Shown here: positions 49,828-59,659 of the stretch, one piece after another | Numbering within the stretch: the first letter of the stretch is position 1 | Layout of the letters: every line of letters begins with the position of its first letter | Virus record (IMG/VR): IMGVR_UViG_3300029305_006221 | Location: 1 to 64,000 of that record | DNA length: 64,000 bases | Strand: one strand, 5' to 3' | Origin: a virus | Made by a program: the position numbers and the translations under genes | Notes under the pieces: model-generated | The model's input: the letters and a program-made list of their open reading frames with translations, nothing else | Databases searched by the model: none | Told to the model about the DNA's origin: nothing

Positions 49828-49856
49828 TTGACTTATTTTTAAATTTATATTATAAT
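49828..49856 (+). promoter_or_regulatory. plus-strand sigma70-type promoter (TTGACT-N17-TATAAT) for the 49.9-51 kb plus-strand genes
   Basis: Motif read directly on the plus strand. Confidence 0.55.
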
Positions 49857-49893
49857 AAAGGTGTATAAAAAGAAAATATGATAGGAGAAATAT

Positions 49894-50355
49894 ATGAAAA
49901 TTGGATTGCTTTTATTATTAGCTTGTTTAATCTATATTGGAATTGACTATGGGCGGCGTGTATACAACGATGGGCGCAATTAGGTTATTTTTGAACCTTT
50001 TGAACTTACACGATATATTTTTATATTAGGTAAAAATGTTGGAAAAGTGCAAGAGTATGTTGATTTAAGATTGGCTTCATTAAAAAACAAAAATATTAAA
50101 TTACTTACCACTACTAATTTAAATAATTCAAAACTATATCGCTTTGAAAATGGTGATGAAATGTGGGTAGTTCAATATGAAAAAGGAACGCTTCCAACCT
50201 TAACCAAAGAAGAAATTGAAAACTATAATAACAAGATATTTTTTGACTGCAATTTACCGCGTGCGACTGTTGCAGAAACAATAATTAAATTAGGATTAGA
50301 AGATTATGCCATTACTGTTGGCATATGCAAAGGAGATGATGAAAATGCCGTATAA
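49894..50355 (+). CDS. secreted or membrane-anchored protein with one in-frame TAG (49981-49983)
   Basis: MKIGLLLLLACLIYIGIDYGRRVYNDGRN*VIFEPF... continues in frame into the annotated 50047 ORF. Plus-strand promoter at 49828-49856. Confidence 0.45.
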
Positions 50356-50731
50356 GAAAACAAATGAAGCTTGGTTTGGAGATAGCTTTAATAGAGATAA
50401 TACTATGTGTACCTACACTATTGCTAATAATGATTTGCAATCGATCTCAGCGGCGCTTGATGGTTTAACTGGGACTGCGAATAATTTTACAATAACCGCA
50501 GATTGCGCCAAGGGAATAGATACAAGTGCTATAGCTACTGTAAAATCTAATGATTCTGCACTTGAATGGAAGGATACTGTTTCTATTAGTTTAGTAGATC
50601 TTTTAAGTGATAAACTTGAAAATTTACAAGCGCAAATTGACAACTTAAAGAAGACTATAGAAAAGCGTGGAGTAGGATTAAGTATCAGACCGGCGCTTAA
50701 GACATTGAAGTATCAAAGAGAGGTAGAATAA
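50345..50731 (+). CDS. hypothetical protein
   Basis: Start MPYKKTNEAW. 128 aa. Confidence 0.4.
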   Translation: MPYKKTNEAWFGDSFNRDNTMCTYTIANNDLQSISAALDGLTGTANNFTITADCAKGIDTSAIATVKSNDSALEWKDTVSISLVDLLSDKLENLQAQIDNLKKTIEKRGVGLSIRPALKTLKYQREVE

Positions 50732-51058
50732 ATGAATTATTTTGATATGGGTAAAGGAGCTTATGTAAGGACAGGTTTACTCAATGAAAGATCTATTGTA
50801 AAACCCATAGAGTATGCGACAAAAGAAGAATTAAAAGAAGAGATAATATTGGCGCAAAATGCGCGTTCTAAGATGACTAATAAAATAGGACAGAATGCAG
50901 AATATATTGAAGATTTATATAATAGACACAATATAATGCGTAGTGATTTAAATGATTTGATAAATTATGTTGATTATTTAAAAAGATATATTAATGAACA
51001 AGAGTCTGCGCCAAAGGTCGGAAAAAGGCGCAGAAGAGTGACTATATTACAAGGTTAA
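50732..51058 (+). CDS. hypothetical protein
   Basis: 108-aa ORF starting immediately after the upstream stop. Confidence 0.4.
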   Translation: MNYFDMGKGAYVRTGLLNERSIVKPIEYATKEELKEEIILAQNARSKMTNKIGQNAEYIEDLYNRHNIMRSDLNDLINYVDYLKRYINEQESAPKVGKRRRRVTILQG

Positions 51059-51276
51059 AAGAGATGAAAAAAGGCGCTGATTAGTAAAAATTGGCGCCTT
51101 ACTAACAAGAAGGATGTTTTTTGTAATTTGTAATTACAAATTTGTGTTTCGACAAAAATACGACAAAAAAGCAGTAGAATTATACAAAATAAAGCATTAT
51201 TCAAGCAAAAAGTTTGGACATTTTCAAATAAAATGCTTGAATTAATTTTTATATATAAATAGAGGAGGATAAGAGT

Positions 51277-51465
51277 ATGACATTAAAAGAGGTGGCCGCT
51301 TTGCTCGGCAAAAGTGAATCCACATTAATTAACTCTTTTCCGCGAACATAGGCTAATTTGCGCAAGAAGGGAATTATACTTATGAAGTGGGGAAGAGGCA
51401 AAGATGCCGAATATGAAATAGAGTATGAAAAATTTGATTCTCTTGAAGAAGAGGATGAAGAGTAA
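51277..51465 (+). CDS. small HTH protein (excisionase/AlpA-like) with one in-frame TAG
   Basis: MTLKEVAALLGKSESTLINSFPRT*ANLRKKGIILMKWGRG... with an acidic tail. AGAGGAGGA RBS. Confidence 0.45.
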
Positions 51466-51484
51466 CTAAAAGGAGATACCAATT

Positions 51485-51685
51485 ATGCCAAAACACGAAG
51501 AACAAGAGTATGCTTTTGTTTATCGAAAGCCATACGCAATGAAGATGATTGAGAAAGGACATTAGGTCTTTTCTACAATGCCCAATCCAAAGAATAATAG
51601 ATTGATTGTTTGGATTTTTTATAAAGATGAGACCTTCCAAAAAGATTTTGATAAGATTATAGAGGAGGGTTTGCGCAATGGCTGA
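51485..51685 (+). CDS. small protein with one in-frame TAG
   Basis: MPKHEEQEYAFVYRKPYAMKMIEKGH*VFSTMPNPKNNRLIVWIFYKDETF... Overlaps the next start (ATGGCTGA). Confidence 0.4.
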
Positions 51686-52064
51686 TATTACATTTGTAGT
51701 TCATAAGGATTGGCTTGATGCCATTGCAATGTTACCTATTGATCAACAAGATAAGATTATTGCGGATATTATTAGACATGGAACAGAATTGCCTGCCGCA
51801 CATGCAGAAGATCCAAATATTGTTTCTTATGTTAATCTATTGCGTGGTCGAATAGATGCAAGTAAAGATGATTATGCGCGGAAGATAGAAAATGGTAAAA
51901 CCAATGGGCGCAAGAAAAAGATAGATAGTAAAGAGGTTTGGCGCCTTGCAAGGACAGGAATAGGCGCAGCGAAAGTGGCCGCAGAATTAGGAGTATCTGC
52001 CGCCTCTATATATCATGATGAAGGTTGGGAGAAAAGAAATGATCCTATGTGGGGATTAATGTAA
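51678..52064 (+). CDS. hypothetical protein with a C-terminal HTH
   Basis: AAKVAAELGVSAASIY segment. 128 aa. Confidence 0.45.
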   Translation: MADITFVVHKDWLDAIAMLPIDQQDKIIADIIRHGTELPAAHAEDPNIVSYVNLLRGRIDASKDDYARKIENGKTNGRKKKIDSKEVWRLARTGIGAAKVAAELGVSAASIYHDEGWEKRNDPMWGLM

Positions 52065-52349
52065 GTAGCAGCTTTACAAATGTTTGTAAAAATGATTTTA
52101 CAAGTTTTGTAAATTTGTAAAAATGATTTTACAAAAAGTAGTAGGATTTACAAATAATTTCTACAAAAATTTTTGTATGAAGTGGCATATTTGTACAAAT
52201 TCTTTGTAATTTGTAATTTGTTATCTTATATGTTCAAATTTACAAGAAATTTGTACAAATTCTGTACTCTTTTTACAAACAAAATGCTACGCATTTTGAA
52301 TGTAAATATAATTGCGCTGTCCCGGGATGAACGGGAGAAAGGAGAAGAT

Positions 52350-52739
52350 ATGTGTGGAATTTATATAATTGCAGATGCGAGTGGAAGGGTATACTATGTA
52401 GGTAAGAGTAAACATATAAAAAAAAGAGCGAAGTAGCATCTGTATGAAATGAGTAGGGATGAAGATGATTGGAGAAAGAATAAAATGTATTGGATACTTG
52501 GAAGATTATATTATACGCAACCTATAGATTTAGGATTATATGTAGCTGGAGAATGTAAAGAAGAGTGGTTGGACTTTCACGAATAGAGAATAATAAAATA
52601 GCTATAGCCCGTGTTAAATTCGATTGTGCCACCAGGATGTAGAAGAGTTATTCATAAGATAGACACTGTAACAGATGCAATAGTATATGCGGATTAGAAT
52701 GGATGCTGGGACTTTAATCACTTGAAAAGAATATGGTAA
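52350..52739 (+). CDS. mini GIY-YIG (URI-domain) nuclease with five in-frame TAG codons
   Basis: MCGIYIIADASGRVYYVGKSKHIKKRAK*HLYEM... stays open through 5 TAGs to a TAA. Confidence 0.5.
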
Positions 52740-52995
52740 GGAAGGAGAGAAGGTTAGGTAGGATTGAGGAAAATCAAAGAAGATTGGATAAGATTGGTGA
52801 GTTGTAGCTAAAATTATAAAAAATGTGTTAAAATTATAGAAAATGTGAAGTTGCGGTGGAACCTAATCCAACCCCACTCTTCTTCTCCCTCGTTACCGTC
52901 TTCCTTATAGAGATTAGTATCTCTAATTTGACTTATACAAAAAAATATGTTATAATAATTATAGAAAATAAGAAAGGATTAAAAAGTGAACACCA

Positions 52996-53367
52996 ATGAA
53001 TATAGAAGATATGATCATGAATGGCGCTTCTGATAAAGAAATTAATGAGGCGCTGAACCAGATTAAAGCAGAAAAGGCTAGACAAGAGGAGGCGCTAAGA
53101 CAGAATAAAGAAAACAAGAGCGCGAAGGAAGCGCTTAAGGCAGAGGGCCGCGCCTATCTAATTAATGCGCTGATGTGTTATTCTCAGGCTTTTGACCTCT
53201 TGGATGAAGATGAGGAATGGGGTCAAGAGGAAGTAGACAGAGCCGAAGAGGTAATAAAGAAACTTGAGGATATGATTCCTTTGTATATAAAGCTTGCAGA
53301 AATGCAGGGAGATATGGATAAACATTTTGGACTTGATGGAGATATATTCTTCAAGGGAATGTTTTAA
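52996..53367 (+). CDS. hypothetical acidic coiled-coil protein
   Basis: 123-aa ORF. TTGACT-N17-TGTTATAAT promoter at about 52932-52960. Confidence 0.4.
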   Translation: MNIEDMIMNGASDKEINEALNQIKAEKARQEEALRQNKENKSAKEALKAEGRAYLINALMCYSQAFDLLDEDEEWGQEEVDRAEEVIKKLEDMIPLYIKLAEMQGDMDKHFGLDGDIFFKGMF

Positions 53368-53620
53368 GAGGTAAAAGGAGAGGGCGCCAGTCGCTGGAAT
53401 TGGCGCCCTAGGGGGTGAGTAGAAATACTCACCTTTTTTTGTTGCGCAGGACTGGGTTATAGAAACTTAGGGCAGAATTAGATAAATGTGTTACTTTTAT
53501 TTTTATATATTAATGAACAAGTAAAAGTGTTGAAAAAAGAATTATCGTGTTGAAATTTTTGTGTAACCGGTAAATTATATAGGTTACACAAAAAAATATG
53601 CAAGAAAAGCTTGTATCCTA

Positions 53621-54070
53621 TTGATGAAAGGAGATGAATATCAAATGATTGAAGCAGGAAAAATTTATGACTTTAAAGGCGAGTTTTTTGAATTGACAGG
53701 AATCACTACGTATCAATTTCGCAATCGTAAAGAAGATTTATTCGAATGGCTTAAAGAGTTTTATGATTATGAAATCTATGAAGGGCGCCCAATTAGAATC
53801 TATATAAAACAAGTCATTGGTGAATACAAGCCACTGCCGCGCAAAGTTAACTCACGTGAATTAACAGAGCGAAAGAAGAAAAGCTATACTACTTTTGCTA
53901 TTGCATCGTTAGGAACAGAGTATGCTCCTAATAGTAAATCAAGAGTGGCGCGAGAAGCAATATCTGAGTTTGGCTATGAAGAGTTTGGACACACCAGTGT
54001 CCCAGCTGTAGTTGAGCGCTATGTGGGTCCCGCTATGAATGAATATGGAGAGCATAATGATAAATATTAG
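53621..54070 (+). CDS. hypothetical protein
   Basis: 149-aa ORF preceded by a TGTGTAACC..GGTTACACA palindrome. Confidence 0.4.
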   Translation: MMKGDEYQMIEAGKIYDFKGEFFELTGITTYQFRNRKEDLFEWLKEFYDYEIYEGRPIRIYIKQVIGEYKPLPRKVNSRELTERKKKSYTTFAIASLGTEYAPNSKSRVAREAISEFGYEEFGHTSVPAVVERYVGPAMNEYGEHNDKY

Positions 54071-54109
54071 TGGGTTTGGTTTATTGATTATACTCCATTA
54101 CCAGAAGAT

Positions 54110-54313
54110 GTGCTGATACATTGGAAACAAATTCTTAAAGAGGAAAAAATTTCTGAAGAAGAAGCGGCAAATGCTTTCTATCGTCAAGAGAATGGCGAAG
54201 ATATTACCAAAGAAAAGAACTCTTATAAGAAAGCGCAAAAGCGTTTTAAAGAGATCTATGGAACTATCCCTGTAAAAGTTGCAGAGTGGAGAATAAAAAA
54301 GAATATCAATTGA
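54110..54313 (+). CDS. hypothetical protein
   Basis: 67-aa ORF. Confidence 0.35.
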   Translation: MLIHWKQILKEEKISEEEAANAFYRQENGEDITKEKNSYKKAQKRFKEIYGTIPVKVAEWRIKKNIN

Positions 54314-54913
54314 ATAACTTTAGCGCACTTTTCCCCTAATTTTTCTAACTGTTTCATATTTAGAGGAAAGTGCGCCTTTCCAATTTTTACGTTTTTACCA
54401 ATTTTTGGAAGTGCGCACCTATACTACCCCCAAGTCACGGCTTCCCTTAATATCTTCACCTTTTGCCCCCCTTTTATTCTCTTTCTATAATAATTATAAC
54501 ATAAATTACTATAAAAATCCAATTATTCTTCGCTATTGAGCGCGCATCTCTTAAAAACTGGCTCTGAGTTTAAAATTTGCTGTTATTAAAAGAGCTAAAA
54601 TAAATAAAAAACATTAGAAATATCACTTTTTGATTAAGAATTCATATGTTTTGAAATAAAATTTACAGGATTTTCGCTAAAATGAAACAAACAGCAAAAT
54701 CGAGCGTATAAGTATAGAAGCGCTGGTCCAGGCTCTAGACGGGCTTTCGCGGTCGCCCGCGGCCCGAGCTCAATGTACATCTGCTATGAGGTGTATTTAG
54801 GGAAAATGAAAATCAATCAACTATTTAAACAATCGCATATAGAAGTATGGAATGGTGGTCTAGTGCTGGAATCGGCAGCCTACCGGAGGTAGGCGTGCCG
54901 GCGATTTGCACAA

Positions 54914-54951
54914 AAAAGGTGTGCAGTTTTTAGTTATTCTGCACACCTTTA
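54914..54951. terminator. bidirectional terminator between the convergent plus and minus gene blocks
   Basis: AAAGGUGUGCAG...CUGCACACCUUU hairpin with flanking T-runs. Confidence 0.5.
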
Positions 54952-54952
54952 T

Positions 54953-55273
54953 TTATTTATTCATATTGCGTTCATAAGCCTCTATCATTTGGCGCACCAT
55001 CTGTCCGCCAATAAAGGTCGGCATAGGGTCAGGCTTTGGCGCTTTCTCTGTGCGCTCATAGTCCTCGATATGCTCCATCATATCATCCTCATCTATTGCG
55101 CCCAATCCTGCAACTGAGCCATCAGGCGCAAAGCAAACCATACCTAAACCTGTATCGGCAAATTCGGCAAAATAGATAGTTGCGAGATAGGAGCGAGACT
55201 CTGGGACTACCTTATAACAATCTGTGTTAAGGTGTTTCTCACACCACGCTTTTAGTTCTTCGTATGCGGTCAT
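54953..55273 (-). CDS. hypothetical protein
   Basis: 106-aa ORF. Bidirectional terminator at 54914-54951. Confidence 0.4.
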   Translation of the reverse strand: MTAYEELKAWCEKHLNTDCYKVVPESRSYLATIYFAEFADTGLGMVCFAPDGSVAGLGAIDEDDMMEHIEDYERTEKAPKPDPMPTFIGGQMVRQMIEAYERNMNK

Positions 55274-55314
55274 TTTTCTTCTTCCTCACTTTCTTCTTTT
55301 GATGATGTTTGATA

Positions 55315-55542
55315 TTAACTTTCAAACAGACAACAACGCCAATCTGTTGTATAGGCATCTTCTATCCATTCGGTAGTGGTTTCGGTTGCATTTGCACCTA
55401 ACGGCAACTCCATTTTCTCTTGTAAAAGATTGCAAAATTCTTCGTGAAGTTCGTGATAGTTGATAGGCTCTTCAATGTCCACAAGACCTTCAAAGCAATC
55501 ATCGACTTCTATTTCTTTGACAATAGTTACATAGATTTTCAT
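55315..55542 (-). CDS. hypothetical acidic protein
   Basis: 75-aa ORF. Confidence 0.35.
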   Translation of the reverse strand: MKIYVTIVKEIEVDDCFEGLVDIEEPINYHELHEEFCNLLQEKMELPLGANATETTTEWIEDAYTTDWRCCLFES

Positions 55543-55581
55543 ATCATTTCCTCTCCTTCGTTTTATGTATGCAAGGGGTTT

Positions 55582-56007
55582 TCACCCCTTGCTTTCTTTG
55601 GGCGGTCTTTGTCTTATAAGGTCAAACTTGAATTTATCTGCGCCTACGGTAAAGGTGATAAGTTTTCCTTTTTTCTCTATGACCACATTCTCGGCTTGGA
55701 GATTAGGAAGCATATCCGCTACCGCTTGGATAATGTCCTCTTTGACCTTATCCTCTTTAACTACTCGCTCTCTCTGTGTTTTCTGCTTGACCTCTGCCCT
55801 TGCGCCTTTGCTTACTTTGTTTTCTTTTGCCTTGGCGGTCAGCTCGTCTGCTTCGGGACAGTCGATATATCCCTCGTCATATAACCAACAATCAACCGCT
55901 TCTGCTCTGCTACATTTGAGAGCCGTTTGGAGTTTGGTTATTTCAGCATTGGGAACATTGACTACTCTACCGCCTTTAAGTCTGTATGGAGTGTATGCAC
56001 TTGCCAT
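55582..56007 (-). CDS. hypothetical protein
   Basis: 141-aa ORF. Consensus promoter at 56045-56073. Confidence 0.45.
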   Translation of the reverse strand: MASAYTPYRLKGGRVVNVPNAEITKLQTALKCSRAEAVDCWLYDEGYIDCPEADELTAKAKENKVSKGARAEVKQKTQRERVVKEDKVKEDIIQAVADMLPNLQAENVVIEKKGKLITFTVGADKFKFDLIRQRPPKESKG

Positions 56008-56044
56008 TTCTGTTTACCTCTCTTTCTGTCCTCTTGACATATAT

Positions 56045-56073
56045 ATTATACCATACTCTCGGCTATTTGTCAA
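56045..56073 (-). promoter_or_regulatory. consensus sigma70 promoter, class B (TTGACA-N17-TATAAT with an upstream A/T UP-like tract)
   Basis: Perfect consensus hexamers with a 17-nt spacer. AAAAATTTTTTAAAAAG tract upstream. Confidence 0.65.
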
Positions 56074-56121
56074 GAGGTTTGGTAAAACTTTTTAAAAAAT
56101 TTTTTTCAATGGGTGGGGAGA

Positions 56122-56556
56122 TTACTCTCCCTCACCCTCTCCCTCAACACCATAGTTAAGGGAATAGTATGCGACTTTCTTCTCAACAGTACGGATAAAT
56201 GCGCCGTTGGGGTTCTTGTCGGATACGGTGTCCTTAGTGAATATAGCGGTTATCTTCTGAGAAGATACGCTATCTCCGTTAGCGCACACATAGGACTTTA
56301 TGCGCTCGTCTTTGAGGATTGCGCCTACGGTCATACCCTTGTTATCCTCGACCTCTGCGAGTATGTCCTTGACTATCTCCGCTATAGCAAGAGCGTCTTT
56401 CTGTGAGGGAGAGAGAGTTGCGGATTTGGAGTTCTTACGAGCGAGGAGGTCTATCTCGTGAGCCATAACCTCTGCCCACTCGGTCTTTCCGTTGGCTTCA
56501 AGGTATGCACGAATGTTCTCGAAATTCTCTCTCTTAGTGATTTTCTTTTCTGCCAT
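56122..56556 (-). CDS. small conserved protein, paralog family member
   Basis: MAEKKITKRENFENI... with the shared C-terminal block. Promoter at 56636-56664. Confidence 0.45.
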   Translation of the reverse strand: MAEKKITKRENFENIRAYLEANGKTEWAEVMAHEIDLLARKNSKSATLSPSQKDALAIAEIVKDILAEVEDNKGMTVGAILKDERIKSYVCANGDSVSSQKITAIFTKDTVSDKNPNGAFIRTVEKKVAYYSLNYGVEGEGEGE

Positions 56557-56635
56557 AATTTTCTACCTTTGCGGTCTGTGACCGCCCTTTCAAATTTTTT
56601 ATTTTCAAGGGGTGTTCCCTCTTGATTACATATAT

Positions 56636-56664
56636 ATTATACCACAAGTTTGTGGTTTTGTCAA
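56636..56664 (-). promoter_or_regulatory. consensus sigma70 promoter, class B
   Basis: TTGACA-N17-TATAAT on the minus strand. Confidence 0.65.
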
Positions 56665-57123
56665 GGGGTTTTTGAAATTTTTTCAAAAAATTTTTTGGTT
56701 TCATTCAAGCGGGTAGCCTCACCGCCCTTTGCCTCTCCCCTTGACTACGATAATATTATACCATAGAATATTAAAAAAGTCAATACGGAATATTACACAA
56801 AGTTTTAGGGAATTTTTTGTGCAGATTGACGGGCGCCAAGCGCTTGATAAAAAATGCCACTTATGGAAAAAACTGGAAAATCGTGGCGGAGCGGCCGCTC
56901 GCGCCACGGCAAAAATAAAGACCTCTGCCGTCGCAGAGGTCTATCCTCGAGGTTGAGCATTCTCACTTTCTCACCGCTCCTTGCGCTTAGGGGGCTTTGG
57001 ATTTAATGCTCTGCGATGGTGTGAGATTTGAACTCACCTCTGTGCTTACTACACACTGTTTTTACCGCTAAACTACCCACCGTTATGTATGGGAGAGGGT
57101 TTTGCGCCCTCTCCCTTGCTTAC

Positions 57124-57519
57124 TCACGCAAGGCGAAAATAAGTCACTTTCTTGTCAGTGGTCTTGACCACATCACCCTTGTCAACGAGCTTCTTCAGCA
57201 TTGCGGACACTCTCTGAGAAGAGGTTTCCTTGCCGTCTTTCCAAGCAAAAGTTGCCGCTCTCTCGTCCTTTGCGATAGCACCGCACTGCATACCCTTGAC
57301 ATCTGCGCACTCGCAAAGAATGTCACGGATTACCTCGAAGAACGCTTCCTGTTCCTCGTCCTTCTTTGCCGAACCGCCTGAAGCCTTGTTTGCCAACTGT
57401 GCGAGTTTCTTCTCGGCAAACTCGATTACCTTATCCATAGGGATTGAGGTAGGCTCACCGCTCGCCATCTTGATAACCTCTTCATACATCTGCTTCTGTG
57501 TGTACTTGATTTCTGCCAT
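57124..57519 (-). CDS. small conserved protein, paralog family member
   Basis: MAEIKYTQKQ..CADVKGMQCGAIAKDERAATF.. Promoter at 57585-57613. Confidence 0.45.
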   Translation of the reverse strand: MAEIKYTQKQMYEEVIKMASGEPTSIPMDKVIEFAEKKLAQLANKASGGSAKKDEEQEAFFEVIRDILCECADVKGMQCGAIAKDERAATFAWKDGKETSSQRVSAMLKKLVDKGDVVKTTDKKVTYFRLA

Positions 57520-57584
57520 AATTTTTTTCCTCTCTTTATTTAAATATTTTTTATTTTGTAGGTGTATCTCAACCTTACATTCAT

Positions 57585-57613
57585 ATTATATCATACTTTT
57601 GACGATTTGTCAA
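57585..57613 (-). promoter_or_regulatory. consensus sigma70 promoter, class B
   Basis: TTGACA-N17-TATAAT on the minus strand. Confidence 0.65.
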
Positions 57614-57658
57614 TAGGTTTTTGAAAAGTTTTTTAAATTTTTTTTGGTGGTAGAGGAC

Positions 57659-58375
57659 TTAGTCCTCTACCTCTTTGCGCTTATGGAAAGGGAATACCCA
57701 TTCACCTTCAGGAGTGAGACAGCCATTTCTTGCGCCCTCTTGAAATATGTTGCAACCTCTTTTACCTAATTCACAGAGTATGCGGAGTTCCCATTGCACA
57801 TCGGAAAGTGCGGTGTGGTCTTCGACAAATTCCTTGTCATTGTTAAGGAAAGCGGTTACACCCTCAACAGAGGTGGGGATATATTTACCACTTGGAGTGC
57901 GGAGTTCGTACTCATTGCAAAATGCGATATAATCCTCGGTGGAGCATATCCAATTCTGTGCATTACACCATATATCGACAACCTTTATATCATCAAGGGG
58001 ATTGTGAAGATTAAGTTCAACTGCGGTTCTGCGGAATTTATCCTCGTCAAAGTCAGAGTTGTATGCAAAGCCATAGGTTATACCATACTTCGCTATATCT
58101 CTTGACATTTGTTCAAAAATCTGTTTTTCAGTTCGGAGAATAGCAGAGCCATTTTCTACATTGGTATCAAACTTGATAAGTTTTTCTGCCTTAACAAACA
58201 TATCATTCAAGAGCCAAAGACGGTTCTTATAATGTTTGCCTATGAGATAATCTCTACCTTTAAGTATGCGATACTTAAAAGTGGTTAGGTCAACATCTGC
58301 TATACAATAGCCTATGTTAAGTAAGGTTTGAGTGCAACAACCTGCGGTTTCGGTGTCAAATACCATAATGTTCAT
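57659..58375 (-). CDS. DEDDh 3'-5' exonuclease (DnaQ/RNase T-like)
   Basis: Exo I MVFDTETAG. Exo II YNSDFDEDKF. Exo III HTALSDVQW (H-x4-D). Confidence 0.65.
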   Translation of the reverse strand: MNIMVFDTETAGCCTQTLLNIGYCIADVDLTTFKYRILKGRDYLIGKHYKNRLWLLNDMFVKAEKLIKFDTNVENGSAILRTEKQIFEQMSRDIAKYGITYGFAYNSDFDEDKFRRTAVELNLHNPLDDIKVVDIWCNAQNWICSTEDYIAFCNEYELRTPSGKYIPTSVEGVTAFLNNDKEFVEDHTALSDVQWELRILCELGKRGCNIFQEGARNGCLTPEGEWVFPFHKRKEVED

Positions 58376-58469
58376 TTCTTTTTTTCCTCTCTTTCTGTCA
58401 TAGGGGATTGCTTCCTTTCCCTCTCGACATATATATTATATCACATCTTGACGGATTTGTCAAGAGGTT

Positions 58470-58913
58470 TTACGAAATTTTTTTCAAAACTTCAAAAATT
58501 TTTTCTGGCGGATATGCCTTGCCTTTTTTCCACTCAAGGCGGTTGCGCTCTTCATCATCAAACAGTATGCCGATATTTTTTGTTACTGTTGACTTTGGAG
58601 TGCCATAGGGGACTATATGCACCTCATCAAAGTTTACAGATTTGAGATGCTTTTTGAGCCATTTGCGCTTTGCTCTTGCGACCGCTTTGTTATAGTCATC
58701 TGTTGCGCTCTTAGATAGCCACGATATAATGCCTATACGATAGCCGTTGCGTTGAGCCTTGTTTAATGCTCTTGCAAGTGCGGACATATTGTGCATTACT
58801 TTGGCTTCGTCATAAGGGCGAGTGCGGTGTGCTTCAAGGTCTGCTAACCAGCCCTCTACGCCATAAAGGTCAGCAATAGTGCCATCTAAATCAAAGTAGA
58901 TTGCTTTCGTCAT
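58470..58913 (-). CDS. HAD-superfamily phosphatase (5'(3')-deoxyribonucleotidase-like)
   Basis: Motif I IYFDLDGTIADL. 147 aa. Confidence 0.55.
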   Translation of the reverse strand: MTKAIYFDLDGTIADLYGVEGWLADLEAHRTRPYDEAKVMHNMSALARALNKAQRNGYRIGIISWLSKSATDDYNKAVARAKRKWLKKHLKSVNFDEVHIVPYGTPKSTVTKNIGILFDDEERNRLEWKKGKAYPPEKIFEVLKKIS

Positions 58914-59215
58914 TTGTTATCTCCTTTCCTCTTGTGTATATATTATACCACACTTTGAGTGATTTGTCAAGGGGTTTTTGAAAAGTTTTTCAAAAATTTT
59001 TTTAGCTTACATCGCCCCATTCGGTTTGGTAGAACTCCCTGCCCCTTGACTACATTAATATTATACCACAAAGGGCGCAAAATGTCAAGAGAAAATGGGA
59101 AATTTCTTTTCGTCAAGTTGCACAAACATTTGGCGAAAAAAGATGTGAAATTGTGCACTTTGCACAAAAACGGCGCGCAACGGTCGGGCGCGCGCCGGGC
59201 AAAAGAAAAGGGAGA

Positions 59216-59575
59216 TTACTCTCCCTGATAAATTGAATTGATAACCTTCATAAAACTATCTTGTGCTTCACGCACCTTCTGTGCGGCTTCTCTTAGTGGA
59301 CAATGGTCGCATTTAAGAGTGCTACAATTAATAAATGCACAAGGGTCAACCAAGACATTATCTCTCGTTTCTTCGTATTCTTTTGTAGTCATTACAATTT
59401 TCATATTTACCCCCAAATCAAATTGATAATATAGTATCCGTTCATCGCAAAAAGCGATACATTTAATAGTATAAGGTTTAGCCGCCTTGTTTGAAAACAA
59501 AATGCGGTTGATATTGCCGAGCCTATGAAGAACAGTATCGTCATATCCACTCCGCACATAACACCTATAGCGCAT
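59216..59575 (-). CDS. cysteine-rich hypothetical protein
   Basis: 119-aa ORF. CxxC pairs near the C-terminus. Confidence 0.35.
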   Translation of the reverse strand: MRYRCYVRSGYDDTVLHRLGNINRILFSNKAAKPYTIKCIAFCDERILYYQFDLGVNMKIVMTTKEYEETRDNVLVDPCAFINCSTLKCDHCPLREAAQKVREAQDSFMKVINSIYQGE

Positions 59576-59658
59576 ATCGTGTAGATTAAAGCGGTTATGT
59601 CTGTGATATCAAACTCATATGGGCGGTCAAGATTGAAAAAGGTTTTGATTTTATTCAT
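59407..59658 (-). CDS. small membrane protein (alternative frame overlapping 59216..59575)
   Basis: Two TM helices. The ATG is at 59658, right after the upstream zinc-ribbon gene's stop. Confidence 0.3.
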   Translation of the reverse strand: MNKIKTFFNLDRPYEFDITDITALIYTICAIGVMCGVDMTILFFIGSAISTAFCFQTRRLNLILLNVSLFAMNGYYIINLIWG

Positions 59659-59659
59659 T

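Noticed and set aside
51277-51465. Excisionase-like HTH suggesting a lysogeny module
   Set aside because: There is no integrase, CI-like repressor with a peptidase domain, or attachment site anywhere in the window. It is annotated only as a small HTH regulator.
52809-52847. Tandem 19-bp repeat AAAATTATARAAAATGTG x2
   Set aside because: Only two copies in an AT-rich region. It may be part of the promoter or operator context of the 52996 gene, but there is insufficient signal.
54715-54775. GC-rich stretch with XbaI/SacII/SacI-like sites resembling a cloning-vector polylinker
   Set aside because: Too short and without other vector hallmarks. More likely a native hairpin-rich element or coincidence. 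It cannot be resolved from sequence alone.
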